DNA of 64,000 nucleotides from Paramecium tetraurelia (Eukaryota), in assembly GCA_000165425.1 (NCBI GenBank), contig CT868407.1, positions 323,204 to 387,203 on the forward strand, written 5' to 3'. Below, piece by piece: positions 44,301 to 57,800 of the stretch. The position numbers were made by a program, and so were the translations under genes. Positions within the stretch are counted from its first letter, which is position 1, and each line of letters opens with the position of its first letter. The notes beneath the pieces were generated by a model, which made no database searches, was not told the origin of the DNA, and saw nothing but the letters and a program-made list of their open reading frames with translations.

Positions 44301-44772
44301 TTGCCTACAATATTGTGAATTATGATGATAATTAGTATTTATTTATCAAGGTCCTTTTATTACTCTTAAGTTATTCTAGTGATGATGTTATAATTGTTAA
44401 TGAGTTCTAGACACTCATTTGAAGTACAACCAACAATATATTTAGTAGCTTAGTACAATATTATTAAATCGTCACATTTCTTTAGTTGCTCAAAAATAAT
44501 TGATTTGAGTGTCTGCTCATGTAAAAATTGAAGTTATATTAAGATATCTAAGAGATATTCTAGAATTATTACCCTAATCCAAATCCCGTAATGCTGGATT
44601 TATTTATATAATTTCTTGGAAACGTAAAGGTTTTTGATATCCTATTTTTTATTTTGGGTCGAATTTCAACTCAAGATCCTATTTGTTAATATATATGATT
44701 TACATGATCATCGTACTTATAATGTAATGTACAAGGTTGGCGCTTGAACAGTTTTGCTTATTCTTAACCCAT
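41312..44772 (-). CDS. Formin (N-terminal helical region, coiled coil, FH1, FH2)
   Basis: Poly-Pro FH1. FH2 motifs LSGERTKNIELIL and LAIGNYVNGDSARGGAFGFKI. Begins MGQEQAK, a myristoylation-like start. Confidence 0.92.
42720..42930 (-). repeat. FH1 polyproline tandem repeats, about 50-nt unit encoding P(n)GAK(T/A)
   Basis: Repeated gctccaggaggagg with ggt/gga triplet runs; the only strongly GC-rich patch in the window. Confidence 0.9.
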
Positions 44773-44912
44773 ATAATTAATTATTTATAATTATAAATTA
44801 AATACACATTTTTTAATATCTTGAGATCTGTAATGGGAATCTCAGCAATTTTATTTAATTATATATACAAATTGAACTAATTAAATTTAGTATTCAATAA
44901 TATTTTATATTA

Positions 44913-45952
44913 ATGTCCAATTCTCCATCAAATAAGAGGAAGTTTAAAATACAATATCATGTCGTAACAGTAATTATGATGATTATTATTCAGCCTGGTA
45001 TGTATTTTGATGACTCTGTTACCAAGATTGCTACTCATAAACGAAGAGTTTCCTCTCAAGGCAAAATATAACCAAGTATATTGGAGAATTATGAGTGTAA
45101 AGTATAAAATGTCTTTGAAAAACAATTACAGGAGACAGAAAAATTACACAATAAAGTGAAGTACTTATCTGATTAAACAGACCATAGAAAGATCAGTTAA
45201 CTAAAAAAGAACTCATCGAAAAATTAGTAAATCAAATGTAGGATCATTTACAATAGAAAGAGAAAGAGTTATTTGAAACAAGCAACATAGAAGATTAAAA
45301 GAGATTAGAGAGAAGAAAGTCTATTTTTTATTAAGAACAATCACATTTAGCGATGCTTGAACAAATGAAAGAAAGATTTGCATCCTAACAAGAAATCAAA
45401 AAGTAAGTTGATAGAAAAAAGACTAAGCATCCATCTGATTCATCCCCAATGAGAGGAACTCGGAAAAAAACTAATTTAGAATGCCAGTTATATGAGTAAG
45501 AACAAATTGAATTTGGTTTATAAGAGTATTATAAACTTTAGAGAATCAAACACAATGTTGAAAAATAATTAAATCGTATGGGACTGAAAGATTCCTCAGG
45601 TACTGATGAGAGAACACGCAAATTATCGCTTTTATAAAATTCATCTTAATTATTACATAATAGTGTGTTAACATAAGAAAAATCAAAATCTAAAAGTAAT
45701 CCAAAAACTCAGAATACCAATAACATTTTAAAAAGAATCAAAGAGAAAATTCAACATATACACACTAATTACAGTAATAATAATTCAATGAGTACACTTA
45801 TTACATGTTGTGATTAAGAAATTGCATAATTGAAGAGAATTGATAATGACATCAATAAAAAGAAGAAAATTTAGATTAAAAAGTTCAAAGTAATTTAAAA
45901 TGACCTAGATGCAATAGGTTTTATGAGATTTCAAAGGGCTAAAATGTAATGA
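44913..45952 (+). CDS. Hypothetical coiled-coil protein
   Basis: ATG 44913, long open frame, TGA 45950-45952; one or two early introns not exactly resolved. Confidence 0.65.
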
Positions 45953-46522
45953 TTATAAATTAAAGTTTATGAATATGTTTTCAATTTAAATATTACTTAT
46001 TTTCTTGTAATTAAAAAAAAGAAGTAATGTAAAATTCATTATAAGAGATAAAAACACCATATGTAAGGCATTAATTGTTTAGAAATATAAAACTATTTAA
46101 GCAATAATTTTAAAGTTTGTAATATTACTAGAGATAAAATTTTATTATGACTAAGTTTTAGATGCAATTTGGCTCAAGGAATGTTAAGCATAGAAAATAT
46201 TGGATAAGCAGATAACTTACTAAGAATTATAATTCAGTTAATTCCTTATATATATATATTGATAAATAAAATAAATTATATTTTCAATTTAAAACAATAA
46301 GCCCACAATTAAGAGAGCTTTAGTTTGTCTTCTAAACAGTAAAGAGGATATGACGTTCTTATTATTATTCCAATAAAATTTCTCATTTTTTAATGAAGGA
46401 ACTCAACATCAAGTCATTACCCTATTCAATAAATTGGTAAACTAATGACAGAAGTTAAATGCAGAGGATTCATGAGTAATTAACATTTTTTTTGGTGATT
46501 ATAATTATTATATTAATTTAAT

Positions 46523-49473
46523 ATGAATACTTTCACTAAATTTCCTGAAGATGACGAAATCGCGAATCATAAGATTAAGGCTTTGGAATTGAATGCTTCC
46601 CAATTTTAGGCGAAAATGAAAGTAAATATTCGTAGCTATACAGCCACTATTTAACGAGAACACTAAATTAAAGCAACATGTTATCAGTCTTAACTTCTAT
46701 ATAGAGGAACGCAAATTATAATTAGCCAATCTCATTAGTGATACTGGCCCAAATGGAGAAGATAGAGTTTTGATCAAAGCAGTAGCAGATTTCAAATAAA
46801 TATGTGATCTGTTAGAAGGTATTATAGTTTTTATAAAAAGAGGAGATAATCAGATTGAACAATATTATAATCGATAACAATAATGCGAAAACTGCTTTTC
46901 AGCTAAATATTAAACAGTTAAGGGAGAATCTACAATAGGAAACTGAAAGACATTTTATTGAAAAACAATAGTTGATAGATTAAAACAGAAAACTGAGTGA
47001 CTATCATAAATAACAAAAGTAGTTGAATGAGCAAAGACAAAATCGTCTGGTAAAGATATCTCATTTAAATTGTAGCAAATGAAAATCGAAGATCTCAGTT
47101 CATAAATCATGTAATTAAAATTGAATGAATAAAAGATGCACAAGATATATAAAGAGGAATTAGAAATTAAGACTTTAAAATTGAATACTGAACTTGCTTA
47201 AGTCAAATTTGAAAAATAAGATTAAAATGAGAAGTTTGAAATTGAAAGAAGATCCTATTTAAAACAATTGGAAGTCTTTAGTACTAAGTTGAATGAGGTC
47301 AAAATGGAATTAATAAATGAATACGAGTATAAGATTTAGTCGTAAAGAATGAAAATGGATAATTAAATTCAAAAACTTAAAGATGATTGCCAAGATTATA
47401 AAAATTAAACTTTGTAATATATTGAAAAAAATAAAATCTTGCAATTCTAAATAGATAGATATTAACCATATACTGCGAGTTTGGAGAAGGATATTCAAGA
47501 TTTAAAATACAAAGTCTTTCTGTTTGATGAGCAAATGAAAGGCAAGGACTCAAAACTCCTTCAAAAGGACATATTAATAGATTAATTAAAGTACTAGTGT
47601 ATATATATCTAGTGAATAGATCAAGAGATTGAAACATGATAAAACTCAACCAGGAACTAGAGAAAATATAAGGAAGTAAGGCACAGTAGTCTAAAATAAT
47701 AAGAATTCATCTCCAGATAAAGTGTAATAGTAAAAAACCAATCCATAATCATAATATAAGTAGATTGTCAAACAAAGAGAACCAATTAAATAAACCAGCA
47801 ATCCTGAATCAGCTGTTCAATCTTCTTATAAAAGAACATCCATTTAAAAAGATGAATTTAATTTCGAAGAAACTACAATTGAGTAATACGTTGAAAATAA
47901 TCGATAAGAAATAATGCAATCTATTTAGCAACAAAGTCGATAATCCTCGGTGGAAGACAAACCTACTCAATAGATATAAATAATAAAAATTGTATCTAAT
48001 GAACCAACTTCAACGATTAAAACTAACAATGAAGGATTGCAAAACACAAGCATTCAATACAATAAATCCTTATAGACCACCTAGAGAGCTTGGACAATTT
48101 AAAATGATTTTGGAGTTTAATGTGATCTGATTGAAATGGATTCTAACACATCATCTTATTACACTTCAGATGCACAGTTGGCAAGGTGTAAGAATGAGAT
48201 TATTAGACTTAAAGAAGAGTTTGAATTTAAAATAAAGTGCAGTTAAGATGAAATCACTGATATGCAAGATTTGATGAAGATCTCATAGGTTAAGAATGAA
48301 TAACTAGTTGAATCAATGAAAAGAGAATTTGAATAATAGATATAATAAGAATTATTAAAGAAGGACATAGAGATTTCCCAATTGTTAGAAACTATCAAAG
48401 ACAAAGATTATAGTATTAAAAGCTATATAGATTCAGAACAATTATATGAACTCTTAATTGAAGATTTGAATCTAAAATTAAAATAGAAGGATGAAGAAGA
48501 ATTGCAACTCCTAAAAAAATTCCAAGAGTAGGTTGAATAACTAAAAAGTGAAAATGAAATAGAGTAAAAACGACTCTTAGAATTAACTGAAAATCTAAAA
48601 TTAAATCATAAGCAGGAAATGGAAAATTTAAATAATTAACATCTACTGGATCAGGAATAACTTACTTAAGAAAGGAAAAAGCTTAAGGAACAATAAGCAG
48701 ATCATGAAATCTTTATGAAATAAACTACAGAGTTATTAGAGTAAGCGAAATCTAAAGAATACTTATTAGATAGTTATAGAAGAGAATTATTAAAAACAAA
48801 TGAAATCGTTAAATATTTATCATTAGAGATTGAAAATTACAAAAAAATAAACAATATTTTTAGAACCAAAAATGATCATATTTCTTAAAATTTCCTGTAT
48901 AATGGAATGGGATTTCTACCTACTGAAGTTTAAGATAAAATAAAGAATAAAATGAATAAAGCTAAATATAAGTAGAGTGTGCCCTCAAATATACCCAAGG
49001 ATGCTTATGCTATGAACTTTTAACTCTAGAAGGGTTCTAAAATGAAACCTGCTAAGTTAGCATCGATGACTAACAATATCTAAGATTTGAAAAATTAAAA
49101 GTCATTATTATTTATATTTTAGATAGGAGATCAAAGTTAAAATTGAATAATTGAATGAAGGAAGTGATGGACTGCCAAAAATTAATTCAAAAAATGTTTA
49201 TGAATTAGAGAGATCTCATTCTGAATCAAAACAAAAGATATTAAATAAAAATATTAGATCAAGTATATTGAATTCTCATTTATTAACTTAGAAACTTAAC
49301 AAGAAGATTATGTTGAAACTAATGATCCTAAAAGAATCATTTAGGATATCAATTAAAAGGAATTGCTATTGATTTAACGTAGTCAAATGCTACTATCTTA
49401 GCTGAATGTAACGGCAGAAAATTATTAAAAATAAAACCAAAAAAAAACAAATTATAGTACTTGTAAAATATGA
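46523..49473 (+). CDS. Large Gln/Glu/Lys-rich coiled-coil protein
   Basis: ATG 46523, several tiny introns (e.g. a 22-nt first intron and a 29-nt last intron), TGA 49471-49473. Confidence 0.7.
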
Positions 49474-50262
49474 TGAATTTAGATTTTCATGATATATTTC
49501 ATCATCACCCATCATTATATCATTTGATTATTCCTCTATTATTGAAGTGTATGGGAAGGGATTTATTTTCTATATAAGTTTCATCAAAAAAAATTAAATT
49601 GTTATTTATTCAGTTATTTTCTCAGATTAAATATTGGAATTATACTTGTCAAAATATTTCTGAATCATTTTCAATAATTGAAGTAACAATAATTTTATGA
49701 TAATTTTAAAATTCTAATTAATTAAAATACTTAAAAACAATATTTCTAAAGGAATTCTTGCATACAAATTAAATATTAAATTTATACAATTCACTTAATA
49801 TTTTACATCATCAATTGAACTAAACTAATTAAAAGAACTTTCTCATATTGTAATTTAATACTTCTCTTATTGTTTTGTCATCTTGATTAATTGCTTTCCA
49901 AATTTCATTGATCAGATATTTTATATTTATTAGTTCATAAATAAATATTATTTTAATATAAATATCTAATCATTTAAGTATATGTTTTAAACACAAATAG
50001 ATCATAATAAATATGTAAATGGCAACTTCTTAAATAAGAATTTTACCAAGAGTTCTGTTTAGTATCAAAAATAAAATTTGATATATTCAAATCAAGAGAG
50101 TTGACACATTTTTCAATCTATTATTCGTCTTTTCTAGGTTAATTAATATATATTTCATCTTTTCTTTAAGGAAGATGGTGCTTTCTAATATTGATTCCTA
50201 GGACATTTAACAGAAAATATTTGTAAAAATTAGTTGTTAAATAATTAAATATTTGTCTACCT

Positions 50263-51658
50263 ATGTATTCCAACAGAATAGTGAGAACAAAAGTGTCCTC
50301 AGACTTTCAAAATACTTGTGTATGATCCCATCATCAATTTTTAGTCTTCCAGTTTTAAGAGACAGTAATTCCATACATAAACCGGGTCGATTTCACCATG
50401 CAGAATTACAGCTGACAACTTTTGTACTGCTAAAACATATACACCTGCTTAAAGCTAAAATGACAAAGGAGTAAGTGTATATTATATCTTAGTAATAACT
50501 TAAGAAAGTGCAGATAGAAGCATTTATTGCAGAAATTGAAAAACTAAATGATGTCTTAAAAAAGAAAGTAAACTTGATTCATGATCTTACTGTGAAATTG
50601 AATGCAAGTGAAGCAAATTTGCAAGAAAAGAGAGATGAATAATCAAGTTTAAAAACTACATATTAACGTTAAATTGAAGAGCAGTAATAAAAAATTGAAG
50701 AGCTGTTACTAACGAATCAACAACTTAAGCAGACAAATATTTAATAACAATAAGAGTTAGAAAATCTATTTCTTCAGATAGAATAATATAATAAAGAATC
50801 TTAGAAACTAAAAGAAACTCTTAAAAATTCATAGACTATTCACAATGAAGTAGAAGTCAAACAATTGAGAGTAGAGTTGAATAATTAAAAGTAAGAAATC
50901 ACGAGATTGCAAATTTAACTTTTGGAGGAAAAAAAGGAGGCGAACTTATTAAAATTATAAAATGAAGAACTAAACAATTAATCATAAATTAAATTCCTTG
51001 AGAATACCTTAAATGATCAACAAAATACTATTGATAATCAAAAATAATGCATAGCTCAATTAAGGAAAACTATTAATTTACTAGAGTAGAATATATCTGA
51101 TTAATTTATGAGTGAGAATTCTTATAATCAACTTGTCAATGCATTTAATTCTTACAAGGATCAACAGAAAGAATAAGAAGCAAAGTTAAGTAAATTGTTA
51201 AAGGGTAAGGATTCTGAAATAATGGATCTTAAAGATAATTTTTAAAGTTAATAAGTCTAATTGGAATAGTCGAATCTTTTGGTTATATCTTTATAAAATT
51301 AAATTGAGAAGCTGAAAAATATGATGAAACTTAAAATAGATGATTTTGATCTCAAGAAATTTGAGAATGATTAAGCACTTTAGTAACCACTTCAATAACA
51401 CAATAAAAATCATAGTAAAAAAATAAATAAAGATTATATTGGAACCCCATAGAATCATGCCTCTTAGCACCAATAGATAAATTTTATAGTATTTTTTATT
51501 TATTATGATCTTAGAAAGAATAATGTAGACATATTCCAATGTCAAGCCAAAACTTCGAAAAAGAATTATCATCTTATAAAAACAAAATGAATAGTCCATC
51601 AAATATTAAATTTAGATAAGAGGCTAAGGAAGGAATTTTCAATAAAAAAGTGTGTTGA
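50263..51658 (+). CDS. Coiled-coil protein
   Basis: ATG 50263; introns of 25, 22 and 26 nt restore the frame; FIAEIEKLNDVLKKK heptads; TGA 51656-51658. Confidence 0.7.
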
Positions 51659-51695
51659 TTATGAATATTTATATTATATAATTTCTAAAAAGAAT

Positions 51696-53256
51696 TCATT
51701 ATTTCTTCATCATGATTTTGCCATTAATTTTATTTTGAGTTAGCGTAATAGATTGTCTTTTTGTTGTTTACTTGTATTCAGTCTATAATCTGATAGTATC
51801 AGTATTATGCAATTGCAATTTCTTTTTCTATTTTGGATTAGGACTCTCCAGCATAATTTTGAATTTTTAAAATGAGGAAAGTTTGTCGAGATTTTAAATA
51901 AGATTCTTTTAAGAACTGTTTTGAGAAGTTTAAGCACTTGTTTTATACAATTATCGGAATTTTTCCGGAGTCTTTTTTGGTTAAGTCTTTATTTTACTAC
52001 TAAAATTGTTAGAGTATATTTTAATAAGTTTAGAATCTTTTTTAGCTGGTGTGCATTCTGTCTATAAAGACTACTAGGAAGCAGACTTCTTATGGACAGG
52101 TGAAATATAATTAAAAAGTTTAGGTTAGCTTTAATTATTTCCTCCAGTATTAATGATCTAACTTAAACGCATTTATTCTGTCTTCAACTATTCTGATGAA
52201 ACACTTCTAGTACTCGTAATAAAGTGAGCACTACTATGTTTCGCTTAATTATTAATATTATTTTGGTCAACTTTATTCGAGAAAATTTTTTGAATTTTTA
52301 ATTTGTTATCTTAAGATAATTTTATAATCTTAGCTTTCATGTACTTTTGAAATTCATTCTCTTCTTGACTACTATTAATATGCTATTGTGAAGATGATTT
52401 TTGAGTAGGATTAGGACGTTCTGGAGATTGTTTTTAGGAAGTTCTAATATTCGCTTAGATTTTTCCATTTATCAAATGAAATGGCAAATTTAATTTTAGC
52501 TTATCCTTATTTATTTAATTGTTTCTGATGACTAATTATTTTAATATTTTGAGGTTCTAAGTTGGCTATTTCGCTATTTATTTTTAATTATTTTTTTCTG
52601 TTTAGATTTCTTATTGCATTGTTAACCATGTTTCATCTACATTCTAAAATAGTAAATAGACTAATTACAATCTAATCTTCATCCTTTTACAATTTAATTA
52701 TTTATCTTAATAGTGATTTGGCAGATCTTTCACTTAACTTTGTTATACTATTTAAGACTTAAATATCTTCGTTTAATTTTTCATATTCTATTATTACAGT
52801 AAACTCAATACATGTGCTTAAACTAGATTACTCATATGGAATTCCTAGTTAAATTTTTATCTTTCTATATTCATATTTTCTAATTATTTATTATGTGATA
52901 TTTACTTTTTCTTCTCGTAATAATAAGTAGCAATATCTGCTAGGAATCCAAAAAACATTCTAGGTATGTCTTTGTGGTATTTGTAATATTCTAATAATTG
53001 TTAAAATTTGTTAGATTATTATGTAATTGGATAATATCTATTTTCATATTACAAAATAGAATTACTTTTTTAAATATTCCTCTTACTCCTTTATATGTAG
53101 GTTGTCTTTGAAATCTATGACCCACTTAACTGGTTTTATTGAAAAAAAGTCCTCAAAATTTTTCACTTTTTATTATGAATATTTAGTGTACAAGGCCTTC
53201 TCAATCTTTAATGAATGATACACTATTGATTAAATTTGCATATAAATGTTTGACAT
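51696..53256 (-). CDS. Hypothetical protein with an EYLKKYY...EYYKYHKDIPRMF N-terminal motif (recalled as a recurrent ciliate family)
   Basis: ATG 53256 (MSNIYMQ...), VIDFKDNL...EEYLKKYY...LLEYYKYHKDIPRMF, tiny introns, low-complexity tail. The stop position is the most plausible frame, not fully traced. Confidence 0.65.
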
Positions 53257-54888
53257 TTTTTGAACATTTTAATTTTTAACAGAACGGACAATCCCTTTTT
53301 CTAAAAGAACTCTTCATAACTGAATATAATTAATATTGAATAATATATTAATATCACAGCCTCATAATTGTATCCTTATTAAATTTCATAAATAGAATCA
53401 AGCCATTCCAATTTACGATAAAGTCTTCCAAAACAGAAGGTTAATAATTTTGGAAATATCTCTATTTTCAAATTATTTTTTGTAAACTATCTTCGTTATC
53501 TATACTCCAATCTGCAATGAAGTATCTAATGCTTCTGATTTAATGTTATAATTAATGTTATGTGTTTTGTTAGATATACTCAGCTCTGAAAATATGTAAT
53601 TGGTAATAATCAATGATAATCATTTATTAATAATCTTAAGAAAATTATAGATGCAATTAATTGTATTTACAATGAAGAAGAAGGTATTTGAGTTTATAAA
53701 TCAAATTTTGAGAGTAAATTCATCTTTTGTTAGATTATATTTTATTATTTATAAATTGATATAAAAAATATAATTTTTATAGCAGCCACAAGCAAATACC
53801 TTAAATTGTTTCAATTTGTTAAAATTTTGAATTAATTGGACTTATTTTACTGAAATTTAGTAACATTAAATCACTTTTTCTAATTCTGTAAATAATATAT
53901 AAATAAAATTATTCACTTTATTGACTGATAGCAAGAATAAATGGAAATATAAATTTTTGAATGATATTTTTAAATGATTAAATCATTCATATATTCTTAA
54001 TTTGTAATTAGTACAAAATAAATCGCTCTAGTATTTTGCAAAATTAGTTTATTAATAAGGAGGACTTTGCATTTATTGAAAATATAGAAATGCAGTAATT
54101 AATTTGAAATATAGTTGGTATAAAAATTTAGATATTATAAGCTATCAATTTTTATAATTCTCCTTAACAATATTAGCTTTTTTAATTATTTTATTTTAGA
54201 AAATATTACATTTCAGAATAGATTTTTTAAAATTATAATTAATTTTCACGAAATTCAAAATGCTTTCTTAAATAAAAATTTAAAGTTTCGATAGTTCAGC
54301 TGAAATTAAACTATTTATTAAACTGTAACAACTAAAATCATGAGGATTGTCTGTAATTATATTAATCAATTTTAATTTCAGTAATAAATTGTTTTCCTTC
54401 TTTTCATGATATAGAAAAAGAAGGACCCAAGTCTGAATGCTATTTGTAAAAGAAAATAAGTTTTCAAATTTACTTGTATAAAAGACAAATAATTTTAAGT
54501 CTGAAATATTAAATTTTAAATTATAAAAGGAGGAAAAGGCATCTAAAATAATTTTATATGTTTTGTCGGAGGAATATTAATAAAAATTATTCCTTAGAAA
54601 TTAATAATTTCTTCATTAATAAAAGAAGGAGAACTGTAAGTCTACTAAGTTGACGTAGTGAATAAATTTTTAAATCTTAAATTCTCCCTATATGAATTTC
54701 AATGTTGAATAATTATTTCTTAGTCTACTTAATATTTTAGTATTTCTTGCATCATCTAAATTAACTAATTGAAGATTGCCACTAATATTTTCTTGAGTAT
54801 TTCAATAAATTTAATATATAAACTCATTTATAATTCATTTTTTAACCATCAAAATAAGTATACTAATAATATCTCTATATATAATTTA

Positions 54889-57800
54889 ATGGGTGTATGC
54901 TGTTCCAAATAAAGAGAGAGAGAAGATGGGATAAGAGAGTAGATTGCATAGACTGTAGTGGAATAGTAAAAGATAAAAGAAGAAGAGGAATAAGAACAGA
55001 ATCAATTTCAGTGTTACTCATCAGGCAGAAAATCTTAAACTTATCAATTTAATCAAGTTGACATCTGCAACTTAGTTACTCAGGCTGGAAATGAAGATGC
55101 TCCAGTGGATATGGAGTAAATAAAATCAGAGAGAGTCAAAAAGAAAAAGCAGGAGCATCAAAAGGATGACGCAAATTATTTAAGAAAAATGGACCATGTA
55201 TTGTCTGTAAAGTCGATTGTAGTCTAATTATAATAAGAAGGAGATATGAAATATTACAAGATCTCAATGCATATAAACTATAAGGACCTCCTTTACAATG
55301 TGAATTTAAATGGTGCTCTAACAACAGAACTAGGCTTTAAATATTTCACATTAAACCCCAAGAAATTTGAAGAGGCTTCTAAGTATTCAAGGTTTCTCAC
55401 TTTCTTTTCAAATGACAACTATTTTAATGTAGACAAGGAATGTACAAATAATTTTAATTCGTTTGATAAATTGTTAAATGTCGAGAGAAGTTTACAAGAA
55501 GTTTAAGCGAATTTGTAAAAAGCGTAAAGGAAGTAGACAACTATTGGTTTGCAAGAAAAGAAGGCTTAAACTTGTTTAGTTAATTAAACCAATTAAGAAA
55601 TGCTCGAAGTCATAACAGTTGTAGATGTAGAATAACAGTCAAGATTTTTGACAATTCTCTTCCATTTGCTAATCTAAAAATATTTTAAAAAGCTAGAACT
55701 CTACTTAGTGTTTATAACAAATGCTACATTCTTGTTTGAAATCCTTCCTTAATTTGATTAACCAAATGTATACAGATTGGCTTTGTTTTATGATAAAATG
55801 GATTATTCATTAAAAGATCTACAAAATCTGTGTCTTAAGAACCAAATGGAATTATCTAAACTTTTGTATTAAAAATTGGCACTAAACCTTCTAGAGATCT
55901 TTTATTAATGCTATTCAAATTATTTATATAGACTCAATTTCACATTGTCAACAATTTTTTATGTTTCTAAATTTAGGACTTTTAAGCTACAAACATTTGG
56001 AAGATTAAAATATTTATTGAAGTTTGGATACACTGGTGATGAAGCCTTAAAAGAGTTGGATGAGAAAAAAATGAGATTATTTGAAAAAGCATTTAAAAAA
56101 GATCTGTTCGCTTTATGTGATCTATTAGTCTACTTTAAAAAGATAAATAAAATAGGCTTGAAATAAATCCAAAGTTAAAGGAAAAAGTACTTTTAGAGTA
56201 TCTCGAAGGGTGAAGATCTAGCTGATGATAATTATTTAATTTATGTTGATTAGATCTTTTCATCCTAATCTGATCGTTATATTTTAGAATTCATTCATAT
56301 GGCCCTATATGCGAATTAGGTTAAATCAGTAGATAAAACCTTGGAGGATACTCAGCCAATTATTGAATAACTATAAAAAATGATTGCCGATTATGAATCC
56401 AATCTAGAATTAGGAGTAAAAGGAAAGGATCTCTAGCATAATACTGATTTCTAAAATTTAGAAAATCCATAAGAAACTGAAAATAGAGATATCGGCTTAG
56501 AGGATTCTGTAGATTTAGATAATAACTAAAAATATTTGAAGTCTTTTTAATTTGAATTCAATTCTGAATATGAAGAATTATCTATTAATAAAGATAAAGT
56601 TACGTAAACCTAATTAATATATAGAGAATTGCTTTATTCATCATTGCTATTTTAGGATGAATTTTAAATTTATTATAAAAAATTCAAAGAATGCTAGAAA
56701 TAAAAATCAGAGGAGGCCTATATAGAAATCTTGAATGCATTTTATCAATTGAAATCAATGAACGAGGACTCTTGGGAATATAGATTGAAAATGATTTCAA
56801 AATTAATGAACAGACCTATAGAAATTATGAATTCAATATTTGAAATCTTCATTGATCAATTTCACATTACAATAATGTTCCAGATACTGACCATATCATA
56901 GAGAAAACCTCTGCCTTTACTAAATTAATTTCAAAAAAGCATCAATAAGTAATTGGAAACTAAAGTTTTAATGGATAGAAAATTAAGAAGTCATAATTCA
57001 TCAAAGGGGATCATAGAACAGAAAAAGTATATAATGGTCTAATTAATGTATGCACAATCATACTTAAATAATAATAATTTTTATTAAGCAGTTTAAAAAA
57101 TACAAAAAGTGATAGGGTTTTAATTGAAAAATTAACACCAAGCCTCATTATTTTATGCATATTCATTATTAATAAGTGGAGAAATACAAAAGGAGAGGTC
57201 TTGGCGACNNNNNNNNNNNNNNNNNNNNNNNNNNNNNNNNNNNNNNNNNNNNNNNNNNNNNNNNNNNNNNNNNNNNNNNNNNNNNNNNNNNNNNNNNNNN
57301 NNNNNNNNNNNNNNNNNNNNNNNNNNNNNNNNNNNNNNNNNNNNNNNNNNNNNNNNNNGAAATACAAAAGGAGAGTTGCAACCAGTCTCTGCAATGCTTA
57401 ATTTAGAGATGAGTTAAGTCCTTTATGATAGTCATTTTCCTGAATTCATTGCAACAGAAGAAGCATAAGAATAATGTGATCATTTAGCAAAAGACAAAAT
57501 TACTCAAAAATTCTCATACATTAAAGTTTAAAACTTGGCAACAAGCAATAAGGCTAAGTTGGAATTTATGTTGGGTATTAGTTACCTTGAAGTGCATGAT
57601 TAAGATAATTCTCTCAAATGCTTAAAAGTTGCAGAAGTGTTGTTATTAAGATCATTTGATATCTTTTCAGATGAAGTTGTGATTGTAGTTCTGAAGCAAT
57701 TGCAACTATATGTTCTATAGGATGATATAGGATCAGCCTTCAAAATTATGCACTCATATACCAGAAGTATGAATCAGTGGTATAGAGATGGGAAATCTTT

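Noticed and set aside
29304..44772. Functional gene cluster (Sec61, UBA2, histidine kinase, GPDH, formin)
   Set aside because: Unrelated functions and mixed orientation; adjacency reflects genome compactness, not an operon-like system.
53314..53316. In-frame TGA as selenocysteine or readthrough joining 53623 to the downstream gene
   Set aside because: The downstream gene has its own ATG at 53256 in a good A-rich context, and no redox motif or SECIS-like structure was seen.
53515..53592. Possible box C/D snoRNA (two CTGA motifs)
   Set aside because: Box C is a poor match (ATGAAGT), and there is no terminal stem or convincing rRNA guide.
57011..57406. ORFs containing X runs
   Set aside because: Artefacts of translating through the N gap.
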